Shown: positions 38,577-47,899, numbered from the stretch's first letter. The stretch: 64,000 nucleotides of DNA from an uncultured Caulobacteraceae bacterium (GCA_964568575.1 CAZMRN010000001.1:3964-67963); one strand, 5' to 3'. The notes: generated from the sequence alone by a model not told the origin. Made by a program: numbers and translations.

Positions 38577-39460
38577 TGCGTTTTCTGTTCGCGGGTCTGT
38601 CACTGGCGCTGCTGTTGTCGCCGCCAATGGCCATGGCGCAAGTCGTCGCTGATCAATGCCCAGCTTTGAGCGTCGCCTCTACCGAAGGACCGCAAGCGCG
38701 GCGCTCACGGCGCGAGCCAACGCCAAGCGAATTGCTGGCGCGCGCCAACGAGGCGGCGCGTCAACGGCCTGAAACGACGAGCTTCACGCAGGCCCGTCAG
38801 ATCTACACTTACGCACCGGGCGCCATCTACGAACTCTACACGAGCCCGAGCTTCATCTCGGCGATCCTGCTCGAACCGGGTGAAAGTCTGGGCGACGTCG
38901 CCGCTGGCGATACCTCGCGCTGGATGGTGCAGGAGACGAGCGCCGAGACTGGCATCGATGGGCGCACCATCGTGCTGGTCAAGCCCCAGACGACGGGCCT
39001 TCGCACCAATATCGTTCTGGTCACCGACCGGCGCACCTACACGATCGAAGCTATCGCGCAGGCGGGATCGGCATATTCCGCGCAGATCGCCTGGTGCTAT
39101 CCGGCCGAAGAAGAGGCGCGGATGGCGAGCGTTGATCAGCTCCATTTCGCCTACCGCGTGCGGGCCACGCGCGGCGGCAGACCAAGCTGGATGCCGACGC
39201 GGGTGTTCGATGACGGCCGGCGCACCTGGATCGAAATGCCCGAAGCGGTCGCGTCGAGCGATCTTCCGCCGCTCTTCGTTATCACGGGCGAAGGCGCCGA
39301 ACTCGTGAACTATCGCGTGCAGGGCAGGCGCTACATGGTCGATCGCATCTTCGATGTCGCCGAACTGCGTCTCGGTACGCGTGCACCGACGATCGTGCGC
39401 ATTGAGCGCGAAGGCGCAACGACACAGCGGCGGCCCGTGCGCCCAGGAGGGCGGTCGTGA
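38573..39460 (+). CDS. trbG: TrbG (VirB9 family)
   Basis: Start MMRFLFAGLSLALLL at 38573 (ATGA overlap with trbF). Signal peptide present. The YTIEAIA and RPSWMPTRVFDDGRRTWIEMP motifs are typical of TrbG. Confidence 0.88.
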   Translation: MMRFLFAGLSLALLLSPPMAMAQVVADQCPALSVASTEGPQARRSRREPTPSELLARANEAARQRPETTSFTQARQIYTYAPGAIYELYTSPSFISAILLEPGESLGDVAAGDTSRWMVQETSAETGIDGRTIVLVKPQTTGLRTNIVLVTDRRTYTIEAIAQAGSAYSAQIAWCYPAEEEARMASVDQLHFAYRVRATRGGRPSWMPTRVFDDGRRTWIEMPEAVASSDLPPLFVITGEGAELVNYRVQGRRYMVDRIFDVAELRLGTRAPTIVRIEREGATTQRRPVRPGGRS

Positions 39461-40560
39461 GCGCGGCCCATGAGATAGCATCAGAGCCCGCGCCTGACCT
39501 GTCGATCCGTGCGCGTCCGCCAAGTCCGCGGCGGCTCTCGCGCAAGGTACTGATGGCAGGCGCGATCATCGCCGCATCGATCGTCACACTCGCGCTCTTC
39601 ATCGGCTTGAGCGAACGACCGGAGCGCGATGTGCGCCAGGCCGAAGCGCAAGCTGCGGCGGGCGGTCCGCCGGAATCGATCCGCAACGCATCTGGCCAGT
39701 ACGCATCGGGTGATCTGCCGCGCGCTGAACTCGATGCGCCGCGCGACATGCTTTGGGGCGAGAACGGCCCGCCGGAATCCGCTGGGCTTGAGCCGCCCGC
39801 AGATGCGGCATGGGCAGGTCCGCCGCGCGGCGGCGTTGCTGCGGGGGCACGCGAAGCGCCGCCCGATCCGCAAGCTCTCGCGCGCACTTCGCCGATCATC
39901 TTTGACGGGCGCGTCCGCACCACGGCGTCGGTCGCCGCCGACGAAGGCGAAGCGCGTCTCGATGCGCGCCTCATGCCGCCCCGTTCGCGCTACGAGTTGA
40001 TGGCCGGCGCGGTGGTGCCCGCCGCGCTCATCACTGAACTCAATTCCGAACAGCCGGGCCGTGCCATCGCGCAGGTGACGACCAATGTCTATGACAGCGT
40101 CTCAGGCGTACATCTGCTTATCCCGCAGGGCGCGCGGCTTATCGGGACGTATGACGCTGACGCGTCCTATGGCGAGCGCCGGCTCGTGCTTGTCTGGAAC
40201 CGGCTCATCTTTCCCAATGGCTGGAGCATTTCGCTGCGCGGCATGGAAGGCGCCGATCCAACCGGCGCGGCGGGCCTGCGGGACCGCACCGACAATCATT
40301 TGGATCGCCTCGCCGGAGCCATCGGGCTTTCCGCCATTATCAGCGTGATTGCCGACAATGCCGAGGATGACGACCAGAACTCGTTGGCGCAAAGCGTCGG
40401 CGATGCGGCGGCGGCGGAAGCAGCACGCACCGGCGGGCGCATTGTAGATCGCGAATTGAGCGTGCGCCCGACCTTGCGCATTCGCGCCGGCGGTTCGGTG
40501 CGCTTGCTGGTGACGCGCGACATTCAATTGCGTCCCTATAGAGAAGACCGGAACCGATGA
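39457..40560 (+). CDS. trbI: TrbI (VirB10 family)
   Basis: 367 aa with a TM, a Pro/Ala-rich linker and a C-terminal VirB10 barrel (VVPAALITELNSEQPG, LVWNRLIFPNGWSI). Confidence 0.88.
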   Translation: MSAAHEIASEPAPDLSIRARPPSPRRLSRKVLMAGAIIAASIVTLALFIGLSERPERDVRQAEAQAAAGGPPESIRNASGQYASGDLPRAELDAPRDMLWGENGPPESAGLEPPADAAWAGPPRGGVAAGAREAPPDPQALARTSPIIFDGRVRTTASVAADEGEARLDARLMPPRSRYELMAGAVVPAALITELNSEQPGRAIAQVTTNVYDSVSGVHLLIPQGARLIGTYDADASYGERRLVLVWNRLIFPNGWSISLRGMEGADPTGAAGLRDRTDNHLDRLAGAIGLSAIISVIADNAEDDDQNSLAQSVGDAAAAEAARTGGRIVDRELSVRPTLRIRAGGSVRLLVTRDIQLRPYREDRNR

Positions 40561-40874
40561 AGGTTCCGGCCGATCTCGTGCCGCAGAAAGTGGTGGCGGA
40601 CGATCTCTGTGTGAGCCTCGCCACGCTCTGGCGCGCACGCCGCAGCAACCTGCCGGACTTTCCCGCGCCGGTCATTGTTCGCAACATGGTGTTCTGGCGG
40701 AAAGCCGATCTCGGCAAACTCGAAGACGCGCTCATGCAATTCGAGGGACGCGGCAAGTTTGAGCGGGAGCGCGAACGCTCCAAGCGCATCGCCGTCATGA
40801 CCAAAGCGCGGCCGCAGCCCAAGCGCATTAAGCGCACGCGCCGTCCTGACGAACGGCAGCGCGACTTGTTCTAG
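40557..40874 (+). CDS. AlpA/MerR-like HTH protein at the distal end of the trb operon
   Basis: 105 aa. VVADDLCVSLATLWRARRSNLPDFPAPVIVRNMVFWRKADLGKLE resembles the Phage_AlpA/HTH_17 fold, and the tail is basic. The start overlaps the trbI stop. Confidence 0.6.
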   Translation: MKVPADLVPQKVVADDLCVSLATLWRARRSNLPDFPAPVIVRNMVFWRKADLGKLEDALMQFEGRGKFERERERSKRIAVMTKARPQPKRIKRTRRPDERQRDLF

Positions 40875-40933
40875 TTGCGTTGCCGAGGGCCGCGCGTTCC
40901 GCTCGGTGCCGATCCAAGTCAGAAGGTCCTGTT

Positions 40934-42898
40934 CTAAGGCGTAGTACCTTCGGGGGGCGCTGGGGGCAGCCAAGACAAGGGTATGAGTTTTTCTCCGCGC
41001 CGCCACCTGGCGACAACGGCGTCCTGGAACCAGGAGTATTTAAGATCCGCGTGGTCCATGACGATGATCTGGAGGTCTGGCGACAATTCCGCAGCTGCCG
41101 TCGCAATGAGCCGAAACAGCTTCTGTACGGCTTCCTGATCCTCATCGGCGAGCACGTCGAGGGACCCTTCCGCGTCTTTCTCAGGAGGATAGTGGGCTTG
41201 TGACGGCTGATCGAGCACTAGAATGCCGGGTACAGGGCGCTGCTTCTGGCGAAACCATTTGTGCAGCCCTAGGTGCGCCAGCACGTGATAGCCAACCCAG
41301 TTCTCACCGCTACCCATTCGAAATAGCGGCACTGGTCCGTCAAGCGTGTCCGCGACAACAGTGAGATTGCGTATGTCCAGACGGAGATCGCTGCCGCGGT
41401 GCTCGAGTTCCAGCTCTTCGGAGTAAGCGGTCATGTACCGCCCGATAATGTTAAGGAACGTGTTCAGCTTTTCCCGGATAGCTTCCGGGTCCAATTCCGC
41501 TTCTAGAACAGCGACACGGGCTCTAGCTTGTTCAACGGCCGACGCGAGCGCCGAGCCCGTCTGTGCGCTCACTGCGGTCTCAACGTACTGACTAATTTTT
41601 CCGATCGCGCGCGCCTGTAGAATGAAGTTTTCCTGCTGCACCCGAAGGATTTCATTTTCACGCATGCGTGCGGCAATGCGCTGCTGATTGTCGCGCAGAT
41701 GTTCCTGCAGCAGCGCTTCTTCGCGTAGAAGCGCTGCAAGCCGCACCTGCAGACGCGGATTTTCAACTTCAACAGCGTCAAGTTGTTGGCTGAGTTCTCG
41801 CAGCGAGCGGTCGATCTGCCGGACCGTCGGCGTGGGCTTCGATACCTGGCTCTCGCAAACGGGGCACGTTGAGGCATCGTGATCCGCACCGCGGACTAAG
41901 CCGACGGCACTTAGGCGGGCTCTTTGCTCTTTGGCTTCCCGCTCGTAGCCCGTGGTTTCGGCTGTGAACGTTCGAGTGGCGCGGATTTCGGCATTTACTC
42001 TTTCAAGGTCACTGCGCAAACCTTGTCGTTCAGTGCGCAACCCGCCCAGAAGGTCCTCGGCGTCCGCAAGGACGATATTGTCCCGAACATGCGCGTCGCT
42101 TGCTAGACGCTTGAGGATATCCATGACGCTGTCATAGGTCACCGCCGTGACACGCTCATCAATCAGCCCTACTTGCTTAGCTTCATCGAGGAGCACCTGA
42201 GCGCGCGGGAATGTCGCGCTGTCTAGCGCTTGAGACTCGCGCAGCTGCCGCTCGAGTTGCCGCAGGTGGCGGCGCGCCTGATCGAGCAGCGCTTGTTTAA
42301 GAAGTCGATCTTCGTCAATAGCGCCTAGGAAATAGGGAAGCGTGTCCTTTATGGCTTGCCCTACAAAATCTTCGCCCTGGCGATGGAACAGGCGCTGCTT
42401 GCTGTCGATGTCATTCTGATCCTGAAACGAGAACAGCAGCGCGTGCCGAAAGTTCGCCTGAAGCGGGTCGCGCGTGGGCGTCGGAGGGCGGTGCTCGTTT
42501 TCGCTTATGCCAATTGCGGCGCCTAAGAACTTCTCCACGGTTGAGACGGTCGTGTTCTTTGTGAGAATAGAGAAATCGGGTGTTAGGATGTTTGATCCGC
42601 GGTCCATGTATATCGCGTCATCTGTGCGTTCGCCGGGGGGCGGATTGCGTCGCGCGATGAATATCTGGCTGTCGTTGAGTTGCAGCACGAGAGCGTACCA
42701 GGAGACATACTTGCGGATGACACCATCGGCTACGTTGCAGTCGCCTCGCCCCGTGCAATAGTCGATGATATCAATGATCGACGATTTGCCAGTCTTCGAG
42801 GCGCCTGTGATGATGTTGAGGCCGCCGCGTCTGAGTTCGACCTCACGAATCTCGCCCTTATGGCTGTAGAGAATGAGTTTCGCGATTTGCAGGCTCAT
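40934..42898 (-). CDS. lmuB: Lamassu LmuB: SMC/Rad50-like ABC ATPase (DUF3732 type)
   Basis: Start MSLQIAKLILYSHKG.. at 42898 (ATGA overlap with the upstream gene). Walker A is ITGASKTGKSS. A long coiled coil carries a central CPVCES hook-like CxxC. Walker B/D-loop is GILVLDQPSQAHYP, and the C-terminal motif is IIVMDHAD. Confidence 0.85.
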   Translation of the reverse strand: MSLQIAKLILYSHKGEIREVELRRGGLNIITGASKTGKSSIIDIIDYCTGRGDCNVADGVIRKYVSWYALVLQLNDSQIFIARRNPPPGERTDDAIYMDRGSNILTPDFSILTKNTTVSTVEKFLGAAIGISENEHRPPTPTRDPLQANFRHALLFSFQDQNDIDSKQRLFHRQGEDFVGQAIKDTLPYFLGAIDEDRLLKQALLDQARRHLRQLERQLRESQALDSATFPRAQVLLDEAKQVGLIDERVTAVTYDSVMDILKRLASDAHVRDNIVLADAEDLLGGLRTERQGLRSDLERVNAEIRATRTFTAETTGYEREAKEQRARLSAVGLVRGADHDASTCPVCESQVSKPTPTVRQIDRSLRELSQQLDAVEVENPRLQVRLAALLREEALLQEHLRDNQQRIAARMRENEILRVQQENFILQARAIGKISQYVETAVSAQTGSALASAVEQARARVAVLEAELDPEAIREKLNTFLNIIGRYMTAYSEELELEHRGSDLRLDIRNLTVVADTLDGPVPLFRMGSGENWVGYHVLAHLGLHKWFRQKQRPVPGILVLDQPSQAHYPPEKDAEGSLDVLADEDQEAVQKLFRLIATAAAELSPDLQIIVMDHADLKYSWFQDAVVARWRRGEKLIPLSWLPPAPPEGTTP

Positions 42899-43395
42899 GG
42901 CGCGACACCCCACGCGGCGTAGATTGTTGCGGTCGTCCCCGCCGCCGCGAACCAGCGGCCAAGGAAAGCGGCTCGATCCACGCACTGGCGTGCGTCTTCA
43001 GTGAAAAGCTCTGTTCGCCGTTCGGTGGGTGATTGTCTGTTCGGTCCGACGACCACGTCGCCATCATCTGTTATAGCGAGAATTTTGTGCTGAAGACCAA
43101 ACAGCAGCGCTTCACGCGTCACGTCGCGCAGCGCTATCAAGTGCGAGGCAAACGACACCATTTGCTCGTGATTGTCCTGGGCCCAGGCGAGCAGTGAGGT
43201 TATAGTTGAATTGGGTAACGCACTGCGCGTGCGTGGATGCAGCACAATTGGCAATACCAGGAATAGAAGCGGGTACGGGAACGCCCGCTTGGTCTTCTTC
43301 GAAAAGTCCTCGACCGCTTTCGCGAGGAGAACGGTACAAAATGCCGGATTGAAGAGATTGGCCTCCTCCACGACACGATTGGTCCATGGGAGCAT
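42895..43395 (-). CDS. lmuC: Lamassu LmuC: small middle component of the ABC three-component system
   Basis: 166 aa. NLFNPAFCTVLLAKAV..FPYPLLFLVLPIVLHPRTRSAL resembles the middle components found between LmuA and LmuB. Spacing is tight (3 nt and a 4-nt overlap). Confidence 0.7.
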   Translation of the reverse strand: MLPWTNRVVEEANLFNPAFCTVLLAKAVEDFSKKTKRAFPYPLLFLVLPIVLHPRTRSALPNSTITSLLAWAQDNHEQMVSFASHLIALRDVTREALLFGLQHKILAITDDGDVVVGPNRQSPTERRTELFTEDARQCVDRAAFLGRWFAAAGTTATIYAAWGVAP

Positions 43396-43398
43396 ATC

Positions 43399-44586
43399 TC
43401 AACCCTTGTCGTTTTCAGGGTCGTCGCTCTTGAATTCCGGATGCCATCCGACGACGAAACGGTTCGACAAAATCTGATAGCTGCCGTGAGTCAGAAAGCG
43501 GTCGCGGACGCCGCGCAGGGGGAAGTTCGCTTCCTGCTCAACCCATGCGAACAACTGCTGTCCAAGCGCCATCTTTCGGGCGGGGGTACACGCCGGTGTG
43601 AGCACATCGAGGTTCGCGGCATGGCGGGGCTGCCAGGCTTCTACAAGTTCCTGCTCATAGGCGGCGATCTCTCCGTCGAGTAGGAGGTCTTCTCGCGCCC
43701 ATCGCGACCTTTGCTCGGACGCGCGATAGTAGTCACGGATGGCATACTCAACTCTGGCTCTGCCGACAGCGATCTTTCGGAGCTGTTGGACGAAGGGACG
43801 AGCGTCGAGCTCTGCGACGACTTCCGGCGGCGGCGTGGTCAGTTTAAAATCGACCGGAAGAGCCTCGCGCTTGAAAGCTTCCCGCAATTCGTCCACGCGC
43901 TGATCAATTGCGAGCACCGGTATGGCCGAAGGACCTTTTCCGACAAGAGCGCTGATGACGACGTTGAACCACCAGCCTTCCAGGCGCTCCACGAGCGAAT
44001 CCACCTGTCCGCGGGGGGCTGCGTGGTAGACTTCGCTGGCTATGTCATCGCGCACGTCCAGAATGTTTGGGGCGCGATCGATGATCCGGATAGCTTTGAG
44101 AAGACTTAGGCGGAGTCCCGCGGGCAAGCCCTGGTACGCTCCGTAGGCTTCAGCGTGTGAGACGTTCTTGGATGTTTGCACCGTGGCGAGGAGCAGCTTG
44201 TCCGCCTCGGCTTCGTTTCGACCCGAAACGCGCAAATACGATGCTGCGGAGTTTGGCGGCGCGGCGGCAGTAGTGAGAATGACGAACGTCGTGCGGAAAG
44301 GCGCTTCGATGTCCGCTGCGGCTCGCTTGCACCAGATCAGGAGTGTGCGCCAGAGGTCCGAGCTTGCGTCAGAGAGGGTTCCAGCATGCTGGACGTGGTG
44401 CTTGGTTTGGATGAGCTCGACGGGATCTCCCGCGGACTCAAATGCGACGTCATCGAACTTTTCGATGGAAAGTTCGAGTTCAGGCGCGTCCTGGATAGCG
44501 CGCAGGCCAGCGAGCAACGCATACCGGCACTGGTACAGGTAGCCGGCAGCGGATGCGCTCGCGTCGTTTGGGGTCGCCTTCGACAT
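43399..44586 (-). CDS. lmuA: Lamassu LmuA effector: N-terminal Cap4-type (DUF4297) restriction-endonuclease-fold nuclease plus C-terminal coupling domain
   Basis: 395 aa. The N-terminus SAAGYLYQCRYALLAG...LSIEKFDDVAFE...ELIQTKHH fits the DUF4297/Cap4 PD-(D/E)xK layout. Confidence 0.8.
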   Translation of the reverse strand: MSKATPNDASASAAGYLYQCRYALLAGLRAIQDAPELELSIEKFDDVAFESAGDPVELIQTKHHVQHAGTLSDASSDLWRTLLIWCKRAAADIEAPFRTTFVILTTAAAPPNSAASYLRVSGRNEAEADKLLLATVQTSKNVSHAEAYGAYQGLPAGLRLSLLKAIRIIDRAPNILDVRDDIASEVYHAAPRGQVDSLVERLEGWWFNVVISALVGKGPSAIPVLAIDQRVDELREAFKREALPVDFKLTTPPPEVVAELDARPFVQQLRKIAVGRARVEYAIRDYYRASEQRSRWAREDLLLDGEIAAYEQELVEAWQPRHAANLDVLTPACTPARKMALGQQLFAWVEQEANFPLRGVRDRFLTHGSYQILSNRFVVGWHPEFKSDDPENDKG

Positions 44587-44794
44587 CGCGGCCGCCCGGA
44601 GATTACGATTCGTTCACTGCAACTCGTAATGGAATAACGGATTCAGTGGAAGCTCCCGGTGTTTCGCTGTCGAAAATGGTAGCGCACCGTCGCTGCCAAG
44701 ACGAAGCGCTGTAGCCAATTTCGTCAAGCACACGCGCCGAGCCATTCTTGGCGTTCCTGCTCATCATGCTCCCATGTTCGACCTCGGCCCGAGC

Positions 44795-44925
44795 AGGGCG
44801 CGAGGCCAAATGAAGACGGGACTTGGCTCCCACGTCCCGACACCCACCGGTTCGCCATCGCGCGCAAGCCGGCGTCCAGGGCGAAGAGGCGAAGCCGTCC
44901 CTTGACGCCGGCGCGCACGATGGCA
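44795..44925. repeat. ~100-130-nt GC-rich block homologous to the 5' flank of the IS110 transposase gene (52000-52125)
   Basis: By-eye alignment: GTCCCGACACC..GCCATCGCGCGCA..GGCGTC.AGGG..GCGAAGC..CCTTGACGCCG.CG.GCACGATGG.ACG.GACC is shared in the same orientation, at roughly 80 percent identity over the core (44834-44931 vs 52039-52128). Confidence 0.5.
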
Positions 44926-45209
44926 CGAGACCCGCGTCAGGGAGAGCAGCCCGGAGGTCGAAGACGCTCTTGGCCTGCGCGCACCGGCGGCGCGACTTCG
45001 TGCGAAGCACAAGCGCCCGGCCGCGAAGCGGCGACGCCCGGGGCCAAGGCTGACGGCCAACGCCTCTGGGGCTGACGGTGCGGGCGACAAGTTCGTCGAG
45101 TTGAGGACAACCGCCTAAGCGGAGATACAGTTCTGGCTCATGGCCATTGTTGCATCGCGACCAAAACGGCAAAACGGTTCGAGGCGCACGGCTTGGGAAC
45201 GACGGGAAT

Positions 45210-45950
45210 ATGGTGATTGAAACCGAGTGGCTTTTGGCGCTCTGCATGCTGCTTGGCGCTGCTCTCTATTCGAGTGTCGGACATGCCGGCGCGTCGGCCT
45301 ATATCGCGCTTATGGCGCTCTTCGGCGTGCCGCATGGCGTGATGCGTCCAACTGCCTTGGTGCTCAACATCATCGTCGCCAGTTTCGCGTCGGCGCGCTA
45401 TCTGCGCGCCGGTCAGTTCCGCTGGCGCACGCTCTGGCCCTTTCTCGTTGGTGCATTGCCGTTTGCGTTTGTGGGCGGCGCGATCTCTCTCCCTGGCGCC
45501 GTTTATCGCCCGATCGTGGGCGTCATCCTTTTCCTCGCTGCCGCCCGCTTGCTCTGGCCAACGAGCAAGCCGATTTTCAAGATGTGGCGCGACCCGCCCA
45601 TTCCCCTCGCCATTCTTATAGGCGCCGGTATCGGACTGCTTTCGGGACTAACAGGAACTGGCGGGGGCATTTTTCTCTCGCCCATCCTGCTCTTGCTTGC
45701 ATGGTCGGAACCGAAGCCTGCTTCGGGCGTCGCGTCCGTATTCATTCTCGCCAATTCCGTCGCCGGTCTGGCGGGCAATGCTTCCTCCTTTGGACAATTG
45801 CCGGCTGAGCTCCCGATCTATGCTGGAGCCGTACTGATCGGCGCTCTCATCGGCACGACGGTGGGCGTTCGCCTTCAGTCTGTCATGGTCATGAGGGCCC
45901 TGGGTCTCGTACTCGTGATTGCTGGCGCAAAATTGATTGGGGTCTACTAG
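45210..45950 (+). CDS. TauE/SafE-family sulfite/anion exporter
   Basis: Start MVIETEWLL.. Multi-TM protein with SSVGHAGASAYIALMALFG and GLLSGLTGTGGGIFLSPILLL, typical of TauE/SafE (DUF81). Confidence 0.8.
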   Translation: MVIETEWLLALCMLLGAALYSSVGHAGASAYIALMALFGVPHGVMRPTALVLNIIVASFASARYLRAGQFRWRTLWPFLVGALPFAFVGGAISLPGAVYRPIVGVILFLAAARLLWPTSKPIFKMWRDPPIPLAILIGAGIGLLSGLTGTGGGIFLSPILLLLAWSEPKPASGVASVFILANSVAGLAGNASSFGQLPAELPIYAGAVLIGALIGTTVGVRLQSVMVMRALGLVLVIAGAKLIGVY

Positions 45951-46096
45951 CGTCGGCGGCGACCGATTCGGTCGCGGAACACGCGCCACTTCCGAGGCGG
46001 CTCAGAGCATCGTTCTCCTGGCGCATCCGGTAAGCGGCATGTCATGACGCCCGAGGTGAGAAGCGACGTGAGCGCAACTAGAATACGCACGGGTAC

Positions 46097-47350
46097 ATGA
46101 TGGCGACGACACACGGCAAAGCGAAGAATTGGTGGGAACGCGATACTGCGCCTGGCTACATCTTGCTCGCCGCCACGTTGCTCTCATTCGTGTTGCTGAA
46201 CGGCCCCACGGGCTACGCCTTCCACCATCTGCTTGAAGATCAAATCGCCGGCCTTGTCATTGGCGTCGGCGAAGCCGCGCACCCGCTCAACCTGCACCTC
46301 GTCATCAATGATGGCCTGATGGTGATCTTCTTCCTTTATGTGGGTCTCGAACTGAAGCGGGAAACGGTCGAGGGGCCGTTCAAGAATCCGCGTGAGGCAG
46401 CGCTGCCGATGGCGGGGGCGATCGGCGGCATGGCCGCGCCGGCCTTGATCTACCTCGCGTTCAACGCGCATCAGCCTGAGTATGTGCGCGGCTGGGCCAT
46501 CCCGGCCGCGACCGATATCGCATTTGCGCTTGGCGTCATGTCGCTGCTCGGGCCGCGTGTGCCGTCAGGCCTGCGGCTCTTTCTGCTGGCGCTGGCGATC
46601 ATCGACGATCTCGGTGCGATTTTGATCATCGCCATGTTCTATTCCACCCATCTCACCGGCTGGGCGCTTGGCGGCGCCGTCGTGACGTTCGGGGTCATGC
46701 TGCTGCTCAATCGCGCCGGCGTGAAGACATTGGCGCTCTACTGGCTGCTTGGGCTCGTCTTGTGGGGCTTCATGTTGCTTTCCGGCGTGCACGCCACCAT
46801 TGCCGGCGTTCTCACTGCGTTGGCTGTGCCGATGCGCCGCTCAGACGGGCGTTCGCCGCTCATCACCGCAGAACATGCGCTCAAGCCGTGGGTGCAGTTC
46901 GCGATCATGCCGATCTTCGCGCTCGCCAATGCCGGCGTGGTTCTCGCCGGCGCGGGCGTAGAAACATTACTGCATCCGATTGCGCTCGGCATCGCCGCGG
47001 GACTGGTGCTCGGCAAGCCGCTCGGGATCGTGCTCGCATCCTACCTCGCGTGCATGGCGCTCAAGCAACGCGCCCCGGGCGATATGATGCAGATGCTCGG
47101 TGTTTCCATGCTCGCGGGCATCGGTTTCACTATGAGCCTCTTTATCGGCACGCTCGCCTTCGGGGCTGGCGATCTCGCAACGCCCGTGCGGTTCGGCGTG
47201 CTCGGCGGCTCTGTGATCTCGGCTGCGCTTGGCTATGCGCTGCTCGCTTGGTGTTGCCGGCAGGGAGCTTCCCCTGAACATGCCACGCTTGGGCCGGAAG
47301 AGGATCAGGCCGAGCAGCGCGGCGTGATCGAAGACATCGACCGCAAGTAA
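46097..47350 (+). CDS. nhaA: Na+/H+ antiporter NhaA
   Basis: 417 aa. The motifs GWAIPAATDIAFALGV, AIIDDLGAILIIA and PIFALANAGV are hallmark NhaA sequences. Confidence 0.93.
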   Translation: MMATTHGKAKNWWERDTAPGYILLAATLLSFVLLNGPTGYAFHHLLEDQIAGLVIGVGEAAHPLNLHLVINDGLMVIFFLYVGLELKRETVEGPFKNPREAALPMAGAIGGMAAPALIYLAFNAHQPEYVRGWAIPAATDIAFALGVMSLLGPRVPSGLRLFLLALAIIDDLGAILIIAMFYSTHLTGWALGGAVVTFGVMLLLNRAGVKTLALYWLLGLVLWGFMLLSGVHATIAGVLTALAVPMRRSDGRSPLITAEHALKPWVQFAIMPIFALANAGVVLAGAGVETLLHPIALGIAAGLVLGKPLGIVLASYLACMALKQRAPGDMMQMLGVSMLAGIGFTMSLFIGTLAFGAGDLATPVRFGVLGGSVISAALGYALLAWCCRQGASPEHATLGPEEDQAEQRGVIEDIDRK

Positions 47351-47427
47351 GCTGGCATCCGGGCTTGGCGGCGTCGATCTTAAAAGCGGCGCGGCCGAGC
47401 CAATGCGCGCGTCCCGGAAGGTGACGC

Positions 47428-47838
47428 CTATGCGTTCGCAAAGTCTTCGATGATTGTGCATTCTGGCTGCGGACCTGTTGCGCATAGCGCCGAACACCGG
47501 CCCGTCAGGCCTGCGAGCGTACTCTCCAGCGCATCGATCTCCTGACGCCGGGCTTGCACGATGGCGAGGTGCGCGGCGGCAATGTCACGAACGTCGAGGC
47601 ACGCATCGGTTCGGCTCATGGCCGCCAACAAGTCCTTGATGGCGTCTATGCCGAAGGCCATCGCACGCAGTCGCCGAATGAGCCGAAGGCGCTCAATGTC
47701 AGGCCGGCTGAAAACACGTCGGCCAGCGGCGCTCCGGCCCGCTGAACGGATCAAACCAATTTCCTCGTAATACCGGATCGTCGCCACGGAGCAGCCGCTG
47801 CGGCGTGCAGCTTCCCCGATGCTCAAGCTCGATGGCAT
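47428..47838 (-). CDS. MerR-family transcriptional regulator
   Basis: LSIGEAARRSGCSVATIRYYEEIGLI is the MerR HTH. C-terminal Cys residues (C117, C120, C128) suggest a metal or redox sensor. Confidence 0.88.
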   Translation of the reverse strand: MPSSLSIGEAARRSGCSVATIRYYEEIGLIRSAGRSAAGRRVFSRPDIERLRLIRRLRAMAFGIDAIKDLLAAMSRTDACLDVRDIAAAHLAIVQARRQEIDALESTLAGLTGRCSALCATGPQPECTIIEDFANA

Positions 47839-47899
47839 GGCTTGCTCCTCAAGTGGCTTGAGGCTTTAGCACGCGCCGGCGAAACTGCGGAGCGGTGGA

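Noticed and set aside
40934-44586. Considered reporting the three-gene ATPase / middle / nuclease operon as a brand-new system.
   Set aside because: The DUF4297-type nuclease plus DUF3732-type SMC-like ATPase plus small middle gene is the described Lamassu type II / ABC three-component (DdmABC-like) architecture. It is reported as a known family in a notable context, not as novel.
44935-44985. Possible similarity between 44935-44985 and 50616-50650. Together with the 44795-44931 block, this would resemble an IS-circle junction.
   Set aside because: The match consists of short GC-rich words (CCGAGGTC.AAG, GCGCGCAC) with several gaps, which is not distinguishable from background by eye.
44603-45247. 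214-aa ORF in the gap between lmuA and the TauE gene.
   Set aside because: It has low-complexity Arg/Pro/Ala-rich composition and no motif. It overlaps the IS110-5'-like repeat and the start of the TauE gene on the other strand. The region is treated as non-coding.
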